From Felis catus (lineage: Eukaryota), in assembly GCF_018350175.1 (NCBI RefSeq), contig NC_058368.1, positions 169,324,001 through 169,388,000 on the forward strand: a stretch of 64,000 nucleotides of DNA, read 5' to 3'. Numbering within the stretch: position 1 is the stretch's first letter; each line of letters begins with the position of its first letter. Below, piece after piece: positions 62,526-64,000 of this stretch. Below the pieces are notes generated by a model. That model saw nothing but the letters and a program-made list of their open reading frames with translations. It was not told the origin of the DNA and ran no database searches. Position numbers and translations under genes: made by a program.

Positions 62526-63390
62526 AAAGGGATGGACAGAGAGGAAAAAAAAAGAAAGGGTTATAAATTCATGGATCAGTGTATGGGGTAAGCTTTACTG
62601 AGGTAGTCTGGATTAGGAAATGCAGAAATGAACTTATTTATTAATGAGCCAGATTGTCTCCCATGTCTAAGTAATTCTCTAATAGGAAGTTAGGTGTATA
62701 GGTTTGAACATTATCTTTTTCTAGTCATCAGGGTGCCATTTAGCAGCTCTCTAGAAAACCAGCTATAATTGCAGTAATGCAGTAATTGCTCAGAGAGGAG
62801 CCAGTGACTCCCTGGGGACTCAGCAAAGCTCTCAAGACTCAGAGCATCTGACGCTCAGACAGAGGTCTCGGCAACATGCAGAGACAGTGACACAGAATCT
62901 TCAACGTCCTGTCCTAGGGAGAACCTGGCCTACCCCCAAAATAGTATCAATTTCCCAGGTTTTCCCCTGTATCCAGGGAACTTTCTAAATCTGCCCACTG
63001 GGCAGAATGAGCAAAAGTGAGGGAGGTGGCAACAGCAGTTCTCACTGCTCAACATTTACTGAGCACCTGTTCTGTTCCCAGCTTCTGTGCTCAGAGCTTA
63101 GAGCCCAGCCCCTCCTGCACAGGCGCAGGACGGCAGATAAGAGTCTCTGCTGTGGCCTCCGAAGAAGAACATACTCCTTATCACAGCTGGCCCTGGGCAC
63201 TTGGTGAAGTTTTTCTTAGCCAGGTCTTTCTCAAGGTTAAAACATGGAAATAAGCACCAAACTTACCCCTTATCTCAATAAATCTTATCCATTAAACTTG
63301 ACTTCGTGGCTATTTGTGTGTGTGCATTTTAGATACCATCTCCTGAGTTCTTCCATGAGGCAGACACTGTTCTAAAAACCTTACGTGGAT

Positions 63391-63602
63391 AGGGGCGCCT
63401 GGGTGGCTCAGGTGGTTAGGTGTCCGACTTTGGCTCGGGTCATGATCTCGCGGTTGGTGAGTTTGAGCCCCGCATCAAGCTCTGTGCCGACAGCTCAGAG
63501 CCTGGAGGCTCTTTCAGATTCTGTGTCACCCTCTCTCTCTGCCCCTCCCCTGCTCATGCTCTGTCTCTCTCTCTCAAAAAGAAATAAACATTAAAAAAAA
63601 TT
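63391..63602 (+). mobile_element. Felid Can-SINE
   Basis: Typical body. TSD 'aaaaaccttac(g/a)tggat'. Confidence 0.96.
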
Positions 63603-63619
63603 TTAAAAACCTTACATGG

Positions 63620-63795
63620 ATTAACACATGTAATCTGAGTAATCTTGTGGGGTGGTTGGTATTATTATCTTCATTTAAAGATGAGAAAACTGAAGCATGG
63701 AGGGGTTAAGTAACCTGTCCAACTTTTCAGTTAGCAACAAATGATGGAGCCAGGATTTCAACCCTGGTGTTCCAACACATGAGCCCACGCTCAGG
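63620..63795 (-). mobile_element. MIR
   Basis: 'catttaaagatgagaaaactgaagcatggaggggttaagtaacctgtccaa...ggagccaggatttcaacc'. Confidence 0.85.
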
Positions 63796-64000
63796 GGATC
63801 ACAACACTAACACAACTGAGTGAGGGCGAAGATATGATTGGCTATGAGCCAATCTACTCTTCAAGTGAAAAGCATTCTGTTTTGTGGTCACAGATGACTT
63901 AAAATGTTTACTTGTTGGTGACAAGCAGTATCAAGTGAAAGAAACAGAATGGCTCATTGTAAAGCCATTCTGATGACTTGAAAAACAGCCCACTGCTCAG

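Noticed and set aside
7641..63594. Recurrent peptides like 'AQVMISRSVSSSPASGSVLTAQSLEPASDSVSPSLS'
   Set aside because: These are conceptual translations of Can-SINE bodies, not a gene family.
63945..63972. 10-bp hairpin cagaatggct-8nt-agccattctg
   Set aside because: A stem of this size is expected on the order of once per 64 kb by chance. It is too short for a pre-miRNA and has no proper C/D or H/ACA boxes.
1..64000. CRISPR arrays, operons, rRNA, CpG-island promoter
   Set aside because: This is mammalian DNA with no regularly spaced repeat-spacer array, no rRNA similarity and no extended CpG-rich region.

Overview
A 64 kb AT-rich, CpG-depleted, repeat-dense mammalian region. The many tRNA-derived Can-SINEs are of the felid type, so this is almost certainly a cat-family (Felidae) genome. 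I can support no intact protein-coding gene. Many of the listed ORFs are translations of SINE, L1 or ERV remnants, and the rest resemble no protein I recognise. Main contents: a nested L1 cluster (1-8.8 kb); about 18 Can-SINEs, most with visible target-site duplications (TSDs); ancient L2, MIR, MLT1, MER5A, MER102, Charlie1 and MER44 relics; an old ERVL remnant (about 31-34.4 kb, minus strand); a two-LTR gamma-like provirus with a tRNA-Glu primer site and many internal deletions (51529-56441); and an intact-looking solo LTR (57007-57716). The most unusual structure is a perfect 208-bp inverted repeat made of two separately inserted head-to-head SINEs (37934-38403), apparently homogenised by gene conversion. 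There is also a 45-bp templated insertion copied from 1.9 kb upstream, several small tandem duplications, an RFX X-box and two candidate micro-exons. Repeat subfamily names are recalled by eye and need RepeatMasker/Dfam confirmation. I found no convincing novel gene system.
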